DNA of 59,247 nucleotides, filler included, from 5 parts of 5 records of this genome joined end to end with filler, not necessarily neighbours in it; one strand, 5' to 3'; shown: positions 32,183 through 42,337, counted from the whole stretch's first letter. Numbers and translations: made by a program. The notes: generated from the letters alone by a model not told the origin.

Positions 32183-32581
32183 TCAGGAAAGATGAGGAGG
32201 ACCTCTGGTAACAATCTTGTAATTAACAAATTGCTGCCTGAAAAGGGGTGAGTCATTTTCGATGAGTAAAAATTTTTGTAATAAAGGATTTAAATCCTTA
32301 AAGACAAGAACAAAAGAATGTGTTATAAAAACGGTATTTATTTGTTTATTTTGAGGAGCATGATTCCAATCGCCAACAAAATGCTCGTGTTCATGATCAT
32401 GATCTTCTACACCCCGATGCGAGAACGGGCACGTATGAGTCGGATGAAATCGAATTTCAAGCCACGCATCCTTTTCCGCCTGATGTACATGTACATGAGC
32501 GTAAGGATACACTTGCCCGATAAGTACATAGAGTAAAAAAAGACTATATACGATTATCTTATTTTGAAAAATCTTTTTCAT
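32183..32581 (-). CDS. His-rich small protein with C-terminal RGPP motif (candidate regulatory leader)
   Basis: N-terminal hydrophobic segment, HVHVH, HPTHTC, DHDHEHEH and terminal RGPPHLS*. Sits immediately upstream of tolC. Confidence 0.7.
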   Translation of the reverse strand: MKKIFQNKIIVYSLFLLYVLIGQVYPYAHVHVHQAEKDAWLEIRFHPTHTCPFSHRGVEDHDHEHEHFVGDWNHAPQNKQINTVFITHSFVLVFKDLNPLLQKFLLIENDSPLFRQQFVNYKIVTRGPPHLS

Positions 32582-32677
32582 GAACTAACCGTAACAACAC
32601 TGTTTTTAAAGGGAACATCATGCCAGCATTATAATTACACAACAAACTAAACTTGAAGATATTTAATATACAAAAAT

Positions 32678-35600
32678 TTACCGTTCTTTTTCTATCTCAA
32701 TTCCACATAAAAGCGGTTTACTGCCAGATACTGCGGCAGAAGTCTTACTTTTTACAACTAATTTATCACTAATTTGAATACGCTGAAAAGTTTTTGTAAT
32801 GTGTCTGACAGGCCCACCTGCTTCTTTGGCAATATCAAAATCACGTAAAACTATTTTATCCTGCAGGAATACATCAAAGACACGCTCACCTGTACTCTTA
32901 TTTCCCAACTCGGCAAAGTGTAAGCGAACCGTATAATAAGCATTTTCCATTGTTTTTTCAGACAAGGTAATTTCTATTTCCATATCCGCAGAAATGCCGG
33001 ACGCTGCGACCCAGTTTTCCTCTCCTGGATGAAGAGATAATGAATGAAGACGATAATATTCCGGTTTCTCAGCTTTAAAATGGACCGGAATGTCCGGGGA
33101 TTTGCCGCCAATGCTTGGATAATCAAGCCACAATATACCCTTTTTGTCGATACGGTCTCCAGGGGCATTCAAATTGAGACCGATTCGGCTTATCGCCTCT
33201 CCATCCCATTCATAGTCATTATTCGTCCAATATTCCAATTCCGGCATGTGAACAAAAGCAAGGGATGTCTGATTCTGATATGAGCACTGGCAGGTACGTG
33301 TATATTCCGGAGCATTTAAAACGCCATTGGCCACAACGAGATTAGATGTACAGCCTGATTTGAATCCACCAAAATTTCCTGTCCCTCCATCATTGGCCAA
33401 ATCATAGAATCCAGCTGCTGCAGATCGAAAGGACAAAAGATGTTCACTGGCTATATTATAATTACATCCATAAGTACGTGTATAAGTCCAGGGAATCTCT
33501 TTTTCTGTGCTTGGATCTTGCCTGTAAATCCGCTCACCTGATAACAGATGAATGGCTAATTTATCCGTGATAATGTGATCATGATGCAGGATGGGAGGAT
33601 TATTATAAGAGAGTTTTTGATCCCATAAAATGGTGCCATCAGATGCCTTATAAGCGATCATTCGATCACCCTTTTCACCGGAAAGCATATCCCGGGAAGG
33701 ACGGGTGGCCTGAAGAAGAACATCAAATTCATTGGAATAACTTAACCAGCTGCCAAAAATATCTGTATTTTTCTCCCACAATATCTTGCCTGTTTCCGCA
33801 TCAAATGCCAGCAGGCGGTAATCATCAGGAACGGTCAAACCGCGTCGCTGCATTTTGTTTTCAATAAAAGCTGGGAGTTTATCGAGACAATAAATCTTTC
33901 CATTAGCAGCTGTAATCGCATTATGGATAAAACCGTATCGAGCCGGAAACTGCCACTTTACCGTGCCTGTAAACCGATCCATTACCACAAGCATCTTACT
34001 CGCTGTGATATCATAATTTTCATAGTCTCTCACCCTCCGCTGCTTTTTTGGGGACAAGCTGGCAAGATTTTTCCGTCTACTTGGATCAGGTGGTAATAGA
34101 CTGGAATATCGAACAAACTCTGAACCGCCAATAAGGTAATCATCAGACACTCCAATATAGCCCCATTCATGTTTATTGCTATCACTGAGAATGGGGATTT
34201 GTATGGTATTAACCGGCTGTCCGTTCGTTATGTCAAGTACCAGGCACGTATTTCCCTGAACAATATAAACATAATCCTGAGTTGCGACGTAATTTGTGCC
34301 ACGAGCATTCGCTCCAGGCATATGCTCCTGATTATATGTTGGGATCAGAGGCGTATTTTTATAAGTTTCATTATAAAAAATACCATAGGTATCCACACTA
34401 TCCAGAACTGTCTTCCATAATACACGTCCTGTGTAAACATCCCTGGAACTAATGCAATCCATGCCTTCAATAATCAATCGGCCGCCAACGACCTGCTCTG
34501 GTGGACCGTGGCCGTGCCGTGGTAACACATCCAGATTTGAATTGCCGCCAAACCAGAGTAGTCCCAGTGGCATTTTTACGAGTTGATCATCTGATTTAAT
34601 GGTATTGGCAATGTTGCCATATTGGTGATTCCAATCAGAGGCTCCGGGAAGAGGGCCATCACGTGAAACCATAACACTCTCATTAAAAGATTGAACGCTT
34701 GATGAAGCAAGATTTAACTCATCCAGCAAGGTAACAATCTTACTTTGATCCTTCTTTTCAATGGGGAGCCATAGTTTTCCACCATATGGGCGCATAGAAC
34801 GATAAAATTTTTGCAATGTTGGTGCCTCATAGTAGGACGTGCCTAAATTTTCATCACCAACAACCGTTAAAGATGCAATATACGGGGGAAGCGGTATCGC
34901 TGAAGATGTATCGGCGAATAGGCTAATCCGTTCACCATACAGCCCAAGGCTATCAAACCACGGCCGTAGCTTTTCTATTTTTTTTACATCCGGGTCTATT
35001 GCAATAATATGCAGCTTTGAAAAAAGCGCTAATGCTGCAAGCATTTCACCATTTCCCACACCATGGTAAAAAGCATAGCCCTCATTAATGCCCGTTTTTT
35101 GGAGAAGAGATGTGGCTTTATCAGCTATTTTTTTTGAAGGTTTCCAGGATGTTGCCTGTGTTTTCAGATATTTCGTCTCTTTATTTTTTTTGCCAAATGC
35201 TAAAATTCGCCCATCTAATGTAACAGCAAAAAGTTTATTATCCGCCGCTATTAAACGTTCAAATTTCCCCGGAATATCTTTTGTCCAAACATTTTTTGGT
35301 GTATCTCCATTACCGTTTAATTGTATTGCGGTAATGTGATTTTCACGCGCCGCATACAAACGGGAACCGGCCTGAATTAAATCCCCTGAGGCATTTATAT
35401 CCAGCTCCCATGACATATCATCCGGAAATTTTGCGTCCCTGGCAGTTATGGATTCACCTGAAAAATAAAAAACATCCTGGGCAAGCACAGGATACGTGCC
35501 AATTTTATGAATGAGCCGGTTTCCTTTTTTCATATCATACAAGCTGGTGACACGATCTCTAAAATGATTGAAAAAGAATTGATCGTTGGCACACACAAAG

Positions 35601-36430
35601 GCTCCACCATTTTTATTATATTCGGCGAAATGATAATATAAAAAATCACCGGTTTTAAGATCAAAACAGGCTGGAACAGAACGGCCACCCGGGACAAGCA
35701 AACGATCGCCACCAATTACGAGTGCGCCTTGTGGAGCGATACTGGCAAAAGCGGGCGAATTGTGAGGTTGTTTGATGTATTGAGCACCTGTTTTTTCATT
35801 TCTCCAGACGATCTCTCCTGTTTCGGCATCCAAAGCATAAATAAAAATCCCCATAAATGGCCAAATGCTGGCTCCAAAATACACAACATCATCTTTAACA
35901 ACGACACCACCACGAGCAGGCCATGAGGAAATCAGCCGTTTATTACCCAATATCTTCCGATCCGCAGGAGCACCACGAAATTTCCATAACAACTCACCAG
36001 TACGTGCTTTCACACAATAAAGATAACCATCATCACTGGTAAAATAAATTTTCCCTTTCGAGCCTGCTAATGGCAATCGAACAGGCCCATCCACATAAAA
36101 GCTCCATTTTTCTTCACCGGTTTCTGTATCCAGAGCGACAACTTTATCGCAGTCATTAAATCCGATGTACATATAGTGGCCCAGTACTATGGGTTCGAAA
36201 ACACGGTCATATGGCATCATATCCTGATTTAAAGGATCATCCCACACATCATCGCGAGGGCTGTACTCTCTAGTCCACAGCAACTCCATATCCTCAGGTA
36301 GCTCAAGCGGGCTGCAGGCTGTCCGGCCCGCATCATATCGCCACATGGGCCAATCCTGGGCGAACCCCGTCGGATTGACGCTAAAAAAGTATAAAAAACA
36401 TATAAATATAATTTTTCCACATCTATTCAT
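32678..36430 (-). CDS. Large exported PQQ-like beta-propeller protein with internal SAM-methyltransferase-like and C-terminal malectin-like domains
   Basis: Signal peptide then DWPMWRYDAGRT. Blades ALDTETGEEKW, CVKARTGELLW and ALDAETGEIVW. MTase-like GYAFYHGVGNG...IIAIDPD...MRPYGG. Second propeller from DWNHQYGN. Malectin-like YTVRLHFAE...RVFDVFLQ...FDIAKEAGG. Confidence 0.8.
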   Translation of the reverse strand: MNRCGKIIFICFLYFFSVNPTGFAQDWPMWRYDAGRTACSPLELPEDMELLWTREYSPRDDVWDDPLNQDMMPYDRVFEPIVLGHYMYIGFNDCDKVVALDTETGEEKWSFYVDGPVRLPLAGSKGKIYFTSDDGYLYCVKARTGELLWKFRGAPADRKILGNKRLISSWPARGGVVVKDDVVYFGASIWPFMGIFIYALDAETGEIVWRNEKTGAQYIKQPHNSPAFASIAPQGALVIGGDRLLVPGGRSVPACFDLKTGDFLYYHFAEYNKNGGAFVCANDQFFFNHFRDRVTSLYDMKKGNRLIHKIGTYPVLAQDVFYFSGESITARDAKFPDDMSWELDINASGDLIQAGSRLYAARENHITAIQLNGNGDTPKNVWTKDIPGKFERLIAADNKLFAVTLDGRILAFGKKNKETKYLKTQATSWKPSKKIADKATSLLQKTGINEGYAFYHGVGNGEMLAALALFSKLHIIAIDPDVKKIEKLRPWFDSLGLYGERISLFADTSSAIPLPPYIASLTVVGDENLGTSYYEAPTLQKFYRSMRPYGGKLWLPIEKKDQSKIVTLLDELNLASSSVQSFNESVMVSRDGPLPGASDWNHQYGNIANTIKSDDQLVKMPLGLLWFGGNSNLDVLPRHGHGPPEQVVGGRLIIEGMDCISSRDVYTGRVLWKTVLDSVDTYGIFYNETYKNTPLIPTYNQEHMPGANARGTNYVATQDYVYIVQGNTCLVLDITNGQPVNTIQIPILSDSNKHEWGYIGVSDDYLIGGSEFVRYSSLLPPDPSRRKNLASLSPKKQRRVRDYENYDITASKMLVVMDRFTGTVKWQFPARYGFIHNAITAANGKIYCLDKLPAFIENKMQRRGLTVPDDYRLLAFDAETGKILWEKNTDIFGSWLSYSNEFDVLLQATRPSRDMLSGEKGDRMIAYKASDGTILWDQKLSYNNPPILHHDHIITDKLAIHLLSGERIYRQDPSTEKEIPWTYTRTYGCNYNIASEHLLSFRSAAAGFYDLANDGGTGNFGGFKSGCTSNLVVANGVLNAPEYTRTCQCSYQNQTSLAFVHMPELEYWTNNDYEWDGEAISRIGLNLNAPGDRIDKKGILWLDYPSIGGKSPDIPVHFKAEKPEYYRLHSLSLHPGEENWVAASGISADMEIEITLSEKTMENAYYTVRLHFAELGNKSTGERVFDVFLQDKIVLRDFDIAKEAGGPVRHITKTFQRIQISDKLVVKSKTSAAVSGSKPLLCGIEIEKER

Positions 36431-37097
36431 GCAATGTACCTTTTATTTCAAATACGCCATTTTCCAGATAAAGTATTCTATCAGCCCTCTTTGCAGCATC
36501 CTGATCGTGTGTCACTAACAGGACAGCTCCTTTTGCCTGGGTATATTCTTCAAGACAATCCAATACAATGTTCGAATTCGCTTGATCCAGATTGCCGGTA
36601 ATTTCATCGGCGAATAATATTTTGGGATTAAAAAGGAGCGCTCTGGCCAGGGCTGTTCGTTGCTTTTCTCCCGCGCTCAATTCGGCAGGAGTATGATACA
36701 ATCTCTTCTTCAATCCAAAATTCTCCAGGAGTTCCTGAGCCCGATCTTTTAATCCAGCATCAGGTGCTGCCAAACCGGGCATGAGAACATTCTCTAACAC
36801 CGTCAAATATGGAATCAAATGATACTGTTGAAAAACAAAACCTATATTCTTTGATCGAAATAGTGCCCGCTCATCAGGACTTTTTTCATACACATCCTGA
36901 CTTTCAAAAAGAATCTCGCCCTCATCCGGTCTTAAAAGTCCACCGGCAGACAGAAGCAGTGTGGTTTTTCCACTTCCACTGGCACCCACGATAGCCACAA
37001 ATTCACCCGGTTGTACAGAACAACTAACACCATCCAGGGCTTTTACAATATTATTCTGTTTTGAGTAGTATTTGCTTACGTTATTCAATTTTAACAT
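36423..37097 (-). CDS. ABC transporter ATP-binding protein (LolD/MacB-like)
   Basis: GASGSGKT, IGFVFQQYHL, LSAGEKQR, ADEITGNLD and VTHD. Confidence 0.92.
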   Translation of the reverse strand: MLKLNNVSKYYSKQNNIVKALDGVSCSVQPGEFVAIVGASGSGKTTLLLSAGGLLRPDEGEILFESQDVYEKSPDERALFRSKNIGFVFQQYHLIPYLTVLENVLMPGLAAPDAGLKDRAQELLENFGLKKRLYHTPAELSAGEKQRTALARALLFNPKILFADEITGNLDQANSNIVLDCLEEYTQAKGAVLLVTHDQDAAKRADRILYLENGVFEIKGTLHE

Positions 37098-37103
37098 GGT
37101 CTC

Positions 37104-38368
37104 TTATTCCTCCCTCAAAACAGCTGCCGGATCCTGTTGCGATGCCAGAAGAGCAGGAATCCAGCTGGCGATTACTGCGAGAAGTGGAGCCAACACTATG
37201 GCCAAAACAAAAACTCTATAATCAAATATGGACTGCCTCCATGTAAAGTGCTCCCACATTGAACCCAGCAATAAACCACTACCGAATCCCAGGAGTGCAC
37301 CAATAAGGCCCATAAAAACAGCTTTTAATAAAAAAAGCAACAGTATCTGTTTTGAACGAACACCAACAGCTCGCAATATTCCTATTTCACTCTTGCGATC
37401 ACGCACATTTGCAAAAAAGAGCAAGGCTATCCAGATAGCACAAGCCATCAGGATAAGTGGAACCAGAATGGCAGCAAACTTTTCCTGTTCCTGACGCAGC
37501 TGTGCCCGATTTTGCTTTTCAGCCTCGATAGCATCCTGAGCCTCCTGTGCCGCACGATCACGCGCTTCAGCACGGGTGAGCACTTTTCCTCCCTGTTCAA
37601 TCACATGAGTACCTGGTAATATAGCACCAACTTCCGACCGTATTTTTGAAATATCATTACCAGCGCAATGACATTTTAGGGCAAGAATCGCGTTGATCTT
37701 GTCTTTCTTATTAAGCATTGTTTGAGCTTCTTCCAGATCCACCCAGATTGTAATATCATCCTTATTACCCCGTTCTTCGTTTGTTTTCGAAATCGTAAAC
37801 GTCCGTCCCATCAAAAGAACACTGTCACCAACCTTTAAATTTAAACTGGAATGAAGCTCATAGCCAATAACCATACTACCTTTTGGCACAGCCACGAGAA
37901 TAGGTTCCTTTGGGTTTTTGTGAAGAAAGGGAACCTCACCCGAGTACCGATAAGAATGGCTGTTCTCTGTTTTTCCGGCCATCGAATTCTTTGCTGTAAA
38001 CTCGGTAGCAAATGGCGAATCGTCATGAGAGGAGCTGCCGCAAGCTCTTTCACATATTTTTCAGGCATGTATTTCGAGGCAAAATCATCTGCATACAAAT
38101 CACCCAGGTTTTGATCTTTGGGTAAGATCAGAAGATTAAAACCCAACTTTTTCATAATCTTGCGATAATCATCCTGAAGAGCGGCCACTCGCTCAATTGT
38201 TTCCGCTTCTTTTTTGGCAATAATCTCCAGAGTATGAATATCATGCACTCGCAGCATCGTTAAAGAGCCTACCAGGGCCATTACCGCCAGTACAACGGAT
38301 ATCAATCCAAGACCAAAATTAAGCTTGCGACGATTCATTTCCTTGAATACAAGCTGCCAAATGTTCAT
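37104..38368 (-). CDS. FtsX/MacB-type ABC permease (1-nt frameshift at 37939-37941)
   Basis: ATG 38368 overlaps the upstream stop (ATGA). Has an N-terminal TM, a periplasmic domain with LKCHCAG, and NVRDRKSEIGILRAVG...QDPAAVLREE. One added G restores IGTRGEVPF. Confidence 0.85.
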
Positions 38369-39561
38369 ACTCTTTTTTTCCCTTTTCGTGTAAACCATAT
38401 CGAAGCAAAAACGATTGTAAATAATCCCAAACCTATGACAAAAAAAAGATTCCGTTCCAAAAGTGGCGACGAACTTTTATCAAAATTGTTTTTTTCAGTG
38501 ATCTGTGTTTCTGACAACAATGTATCTAAAACATTATATTTCAAAGATGGCTGCTGACCTGAATCAGGAAGAACAATATCATCAGCCGCTTCCTTTGTAT
38601 CCGTTTCTGGTAAAAATCCTGACAAACCAGTCAGTGGTGGCATTTCTTCCTGTGGAATCTGCGATATATTGATATATTTAGACCACTCTGCTGAAAACAA
38701 CAAATCATTACCTGGATTCTGAGCCTTGATCTCGCAGGAACACCACCCATTTATCGACCGACAAGCATTGTCTATCATATTTTCATTAATACCGGCACCA
38801 ATCAGGGAATATAGTGATCGTCCTCGTCCGAAAATGGGAAAAGCCATGGGGTCAGCATATTCACTCAAATCCGCCTCAGTGGCTAGCAACATATTAACAA
38901 AAATAGCCTCTCTGGGATCATTCCGCGACACTCGCACCATCGATATTTTTATATCCACATCCTGAAATTCATCAGTATCAACAGGATTACCATCTATATC
39001 AAAACCGGTCTCTGGCACTTTAAGGTCTCTTGAAAGTGTCACCAGATAATTTTCTAACAAACGGGCCGCTTTATCATTTTCCAGCGAATCAGCTCCCTCA
39101 AGAAACAACCAGACAGCCATCTCTCCATGTAATAATCGCTCAGCTATTAAAGATCGACTCGGAGAGTTTAATAAATATTCCACATTTTGTTTTGATAAAG
39201 GACCAGCCCAGATAACATAGTCCTCTCCTTTTGTATCAGGCGGTTTTAAAATCATCAAAGGTAATCGAGATGTTGATTGATCCATCTCTAATAAAACCTT
39301 CTCATTTCCATCTATTTTTATGGTATGGACATATATATTGGCAGTTGAATCCTGAGAAAAAGAAACTCTTTTAAGTTGATTTATAGCATCTTTTTGTTCA
39401 GAGTCCAATTCACCAGTATAATAAATCTGTACCTGATAAGGATCTGCACTCCATCGTTCCAAAGCATAACGAAACACCGGAACATTACAGGCAAAGACTA
39501 TATTGCCAAAGAATAAAAAGTAACAGATAATTAAAACTGATAATATCTGCCCGATATTCAT
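38365..39561 (-). CDS. Conserved hypothetical exported protein with C-terminal membrane anchor
   Basis: Signal peptide ending VFA|CNVPVFRYALERW, FPIFGRGR, GWCSCEIKAQNPGNDLL, and a C-terminal TM followed by a basic tail (WFTRKGKKRV). Start ATG 39561 or TTG 39582. Confidence 0.75.
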   Translation of the reverse strand: MNIGQILSVLIICYFLFFGNIVFACNVPVFRYALERWSADPYQVQIYYTGELDSEQKDAINQLKRVSFSQDSTANIYVHTIKIDGNEKVLLEMDQSTSRLPLMILKPPDTKGEDYVIWAGPLSKQNVEYLLNSPSRSLIAERLLHGEMAVWLFLEGADSLENDKAARLLENYLVTLSRDLKVPETGFDIDGNPVDTDEFQDVDIKISMVRVSRNDPREAIFVNMLLATEADLSEYADPMAFPIFGRGRSLYSLIGAGINENMIDNACRSINGWCSCEIKAQNPGNDLLFSAEWSKYINISQIPQEEMPPLTGLSGFLPETDTKEAADDIVLPDSGQQPSLKYNVLDTLLSETQITEKNNFDKSSSPLLERNLFFVIGLGLFTIVFASIWFTRKGKKRV

Positions 39562-39897
39562 TTTTTTGTTACTACTTTTCAAAAGGTCTTGCTACCTGTT
39601 TATTAAATTATCAATGGAATCCTCGAACATGAAAAGCTGAACGACAATAAATATTTAATATTATTTATTTTACGACTCACAAACAAAACATGACAAACAA
39701 ACAAAAAAGCACGTGCCGTATTTTTAAGTGCCCATTTTATAGAATTAGAATATTATGCGTTTAATACACATTTCAATAAAGTTTAAATAACACTCTTTTT
39801 TTCAATTTACTTAAGACTTGGATTGATTTATCTCATTTAACGTCATAAACAATTGTGTCAAAAAAATAATGAATAGAGAATCACATAAATCCATTTC

Positions 39898-42138
39898 TTA
39901 AAAAGTTTGGGATAATCCAAATGTGATCCTTCTGCCGTAATCAGGATATCCTACTACAGTTGAATATTTTTCATCTGTCACGTTTTTCATTTCAAAATAA
40001 ATTCTCGTTGGATACATTCCCTGAAAAGTGCGACCGAAAACAAAATCTACTGTAAAAAAATCGCCAAGAGGCTGAGGTATTGCAGGATTTGTTTTAGAAC
40101 TTGCAACAAAACGAATACTTTCAAAGGAAGAAACATATTTACATAATGCATTAAAATCATAACCGGACCATTTTTTATATACGCCCGCATTTAGGATAAA
40201 GCTGGGAATCTCTTCATTTCGTACCTTGCCACTTCCCTGATCCGCTCTGGAGTACATCAAAGTCGAATTTAAAAACAATTCCATATTGCCTAAAATATTA
40301 AATGTTCGAAACTCTATCTCCAGGCCATATTGATCCTGATCACGATTCATATACAATTCCATTATTCGATCATTACTGTCATATGTCTGACCACTTAAAA
40401 CAATGGCATCTTTTTGTTGGGTAAAGAAACCGACAACTGATGCCTGACCAAATCCTTCCCATCTACCACAAAGTCCTAAATCTAATTTAACCTGATTTTC
40501 ATTTTCAGGTTCCGCAAATGTCGTATCAAGTGTACCGCTTGTCGGTTTTATGGATCCACTGGCCAGATTGGAATGCAACGAGTAATTTTGCGTTAAATAG
40601 TAGGCCAGACCAAAACTTCCGGTAAATGTTGATGGTTGCCACTCATCAGTGATGGGTGCGACCTTTGAAAATCCTTTTGCACTTCCATCAATGCCAAAAG
40701 CGCCATATTCGTTCAGATGAGTTTTTTCCCAGCGCACTCCTGCATCCAAACTCAACTTGCCAAAATGGTGTTCATCCACGATCACACCGGAAAAAATTTC
40801 TGTATCATTGGGTCTGCCATAATAAAAACGTTTACCATTGGGAGCAACCCAACGATTATATAAAGCCCCGATACACAAAAAATTATCATTGAACAACGAG
40901 ATGGACTCTATCAAATTGATATTCCACTCATGATCCGCTTCCTTATTCCGAACAATTTCATGAGTCTCAGGATCTTCAATTTCAAAAACCGGTTTTCGAT
41001 CTGCGTATGAAAAACGAAACTCTGTTGAGGTTTTTGAGCTAGTCTGATAAAATCCTTTAAAATTAAAAATGGTTGTGAAAACAGGATCATATTGCTGTAA
41101 AAATGTCTGAAATTTAAGTGCTGCAGGTGGTTCAGCCTGTGCCAGTTCTCTTTGACCATTCAAGTGATAAAGACTGGCTTTTACAGACAATTTTTCGGTC
41201 GGTTTGTAGGATAAATTTCCAAAAAAATTGGTCATACTCTCTGATGCATGGATACCGTTTGGTCCATCAGAATGCTGTATACCCAATCCAGTGCTATATG
41301 ACAAGGCACCAATTTTGGAACCATGAGATAAATGAGCACGATACGTATCAAAGGAGCCGTATTCGATCTCACTCAATGTCTCTGACTTTTCATACTCTCT
41401 GGGCACAATATCAATAACACCAGCCATTCCGGTCACGCCTGTCAATAATGCCGCGCTCGATCTTATAACCTTGATACTTTGAATATCAGCGGCTGAGAAA
41501 AAATAAGTTGTTTCGTGAAATTCTTTCTGCCAAATTCCATCTATAGCATAGGTAGGATAGGGGTAACGTTGTCCCCTAACGGAATAAAATTGTTTAACCT
41601 TCCTGCCTCGCGTTTCAATTAATGCTCCCGGTACATATTTCATTGCGTCGATAAGAGTTTTGGCTCCCAATTTTTTTATTTCAACTCTAGGTATAATACT
41701 GGTTGACAGATCTAATCCGGGAGATTCCAATGCGGGATCAGTGACAATATTTCTCTCATGTTTATCAATAACATAAACAGATTGCATTTTCAAAACAGTA
41801 GGTAATAATTCCACATTTATCGTTAAAACAGAGTCGGGAACGATTTTTATCGATTTTTCAGAATCATTGTATCCCATCATAGATATTTCTAATTTGTAAT
41901 CTCCAGGCAACAGGCCCATTATCTGGAATTGACCACCTGTATCACTTGAGGCACCATGAGTCGTATTTTTAACGACAATATTGGCTCCTGTCAAACATTT
42001 TTGACTTCCCTCTTCCTTTACAAGTCCCTTGACTCCTTGAACAGCATTTGAGGTCACGGAAAATATAAATAAAAATAGAAATAATAATCCAAAAACAGAT
42101 GTCTTACATTTACCTCGTGTAGAAAGCAACGGATACAC
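39898..42138 (-). CDS. TonB-dependent receptor with N-terminal carboxypeptidase-regulatory-like domain
   Basis: GANIVVKNTTHGASSDTGGQF, plug LIDAMKYVPG...SVRG...IDG...IKVIRSSAALLTG...AGVIDI, and C-terminal NVTDEKY...GRRITFGLSQTF. GGAGGA RBS. Confidence 0.9.
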   Translation of the reverse strand: MYPLLSTRGKCKTSVFGLLFLFLFIFSVTSNAVQGVKGLVKEEGSQKCLTGANIVVKNTTHGASSDTGGQFQIMGLLPGDYKLEISMMGYNDSEKSIKIVPDSVLTINVELLPTVLKMQSVYVIDKHERNIVTDPALESPGLDLSTSIIPRVEIKKLGAKTLIDAMKYVPGALIETRGRKVKQFYSVRGQRYPYPTYAIDGIWQKEFHETTYFFSAADIQSIKVIRSSAALLTGVTGMAGVIDIVPREYEKSETLSEIEYGSFDTYRAHLSHGSKIGALSYSTGLGIQHSDGPNGIHASESMTNFFGNLSYKPTEKLSVKASLYHLNGQRELAQAEPPAALKFQTFLQQYDPVFTTIFNFKGFYQTSSKTSTEFRFSYADRKPVFEIEDPETHEIVRNKEADHEWNINLIESISLFNDNFLCIGALYNRWVAPNGKRFYYGRPNDTEIFSGVIVDEHHFGKLSLDAGVRWEKTHLNEYGAFGIDGSAKGFSKVAPITDEWQPSTFTGSFGLAYYLTQNYSLHSNLASGSIKPTSGTLDTTFAEPENENQVKLDLGLCGRWEGFGQASVVGFFTQQKDAIVLSGQTYDSNDRIMELYMNRDQDQYGLEIEFRTFNILGNMELFLNSTLMYSRADQGSGKVRNEEIPSFILNAGVYKKWSGYDFNALCKYVSSFESIRFVASSKTNPAIPQPLGDFFTVDFVFGRTFQGMYPTRIYFEMKNVTDEKYSTVVGYPDYGRRITFGLSQTF

Positions 42139-42293
42139 TGATATAGTCCTCCATTATGTTGGTTTTAATATTATTTAAGGGGAATCTAGATTACCATTAA
42201 ACTATGATTGGGAATATCGTAAAATACGCGGAACATTAATAATAACAAAAATTAAAACGAATTGCAAGTGAAATATTCTAGGAAGGAATCATG

Positions 42294-42330
42294 TTTCATC
42301 CGGGAATAAAAAGTATAATCCCGGATGAAA
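42294..42330 (-). terminator. Terminator hairpin
   Basis: TTTCATCCGGGA / TCCCGGATGAAA perfect 12-bp inverted repeat just after the stop at 42338. Confidence 0.7.
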
Positions 42331-42337
42331 ACACAAC

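Noticed and set aside
32678-39582. Selenocysteine (in-frame UGA) in the CxC operon
   Set aside because: All the motifs are encoded as Cys in open frames here. The break in the permease is a frameshift, not a UGA.
42139-42293. Cobalamin riboswitch or Fur box ahead of the TonB receptor
   Set aside because: The leader is short and AT-rich, with no B12-box (GGGAA...GCCACTG) and no convincing GATAATGATAATCATTATC match.
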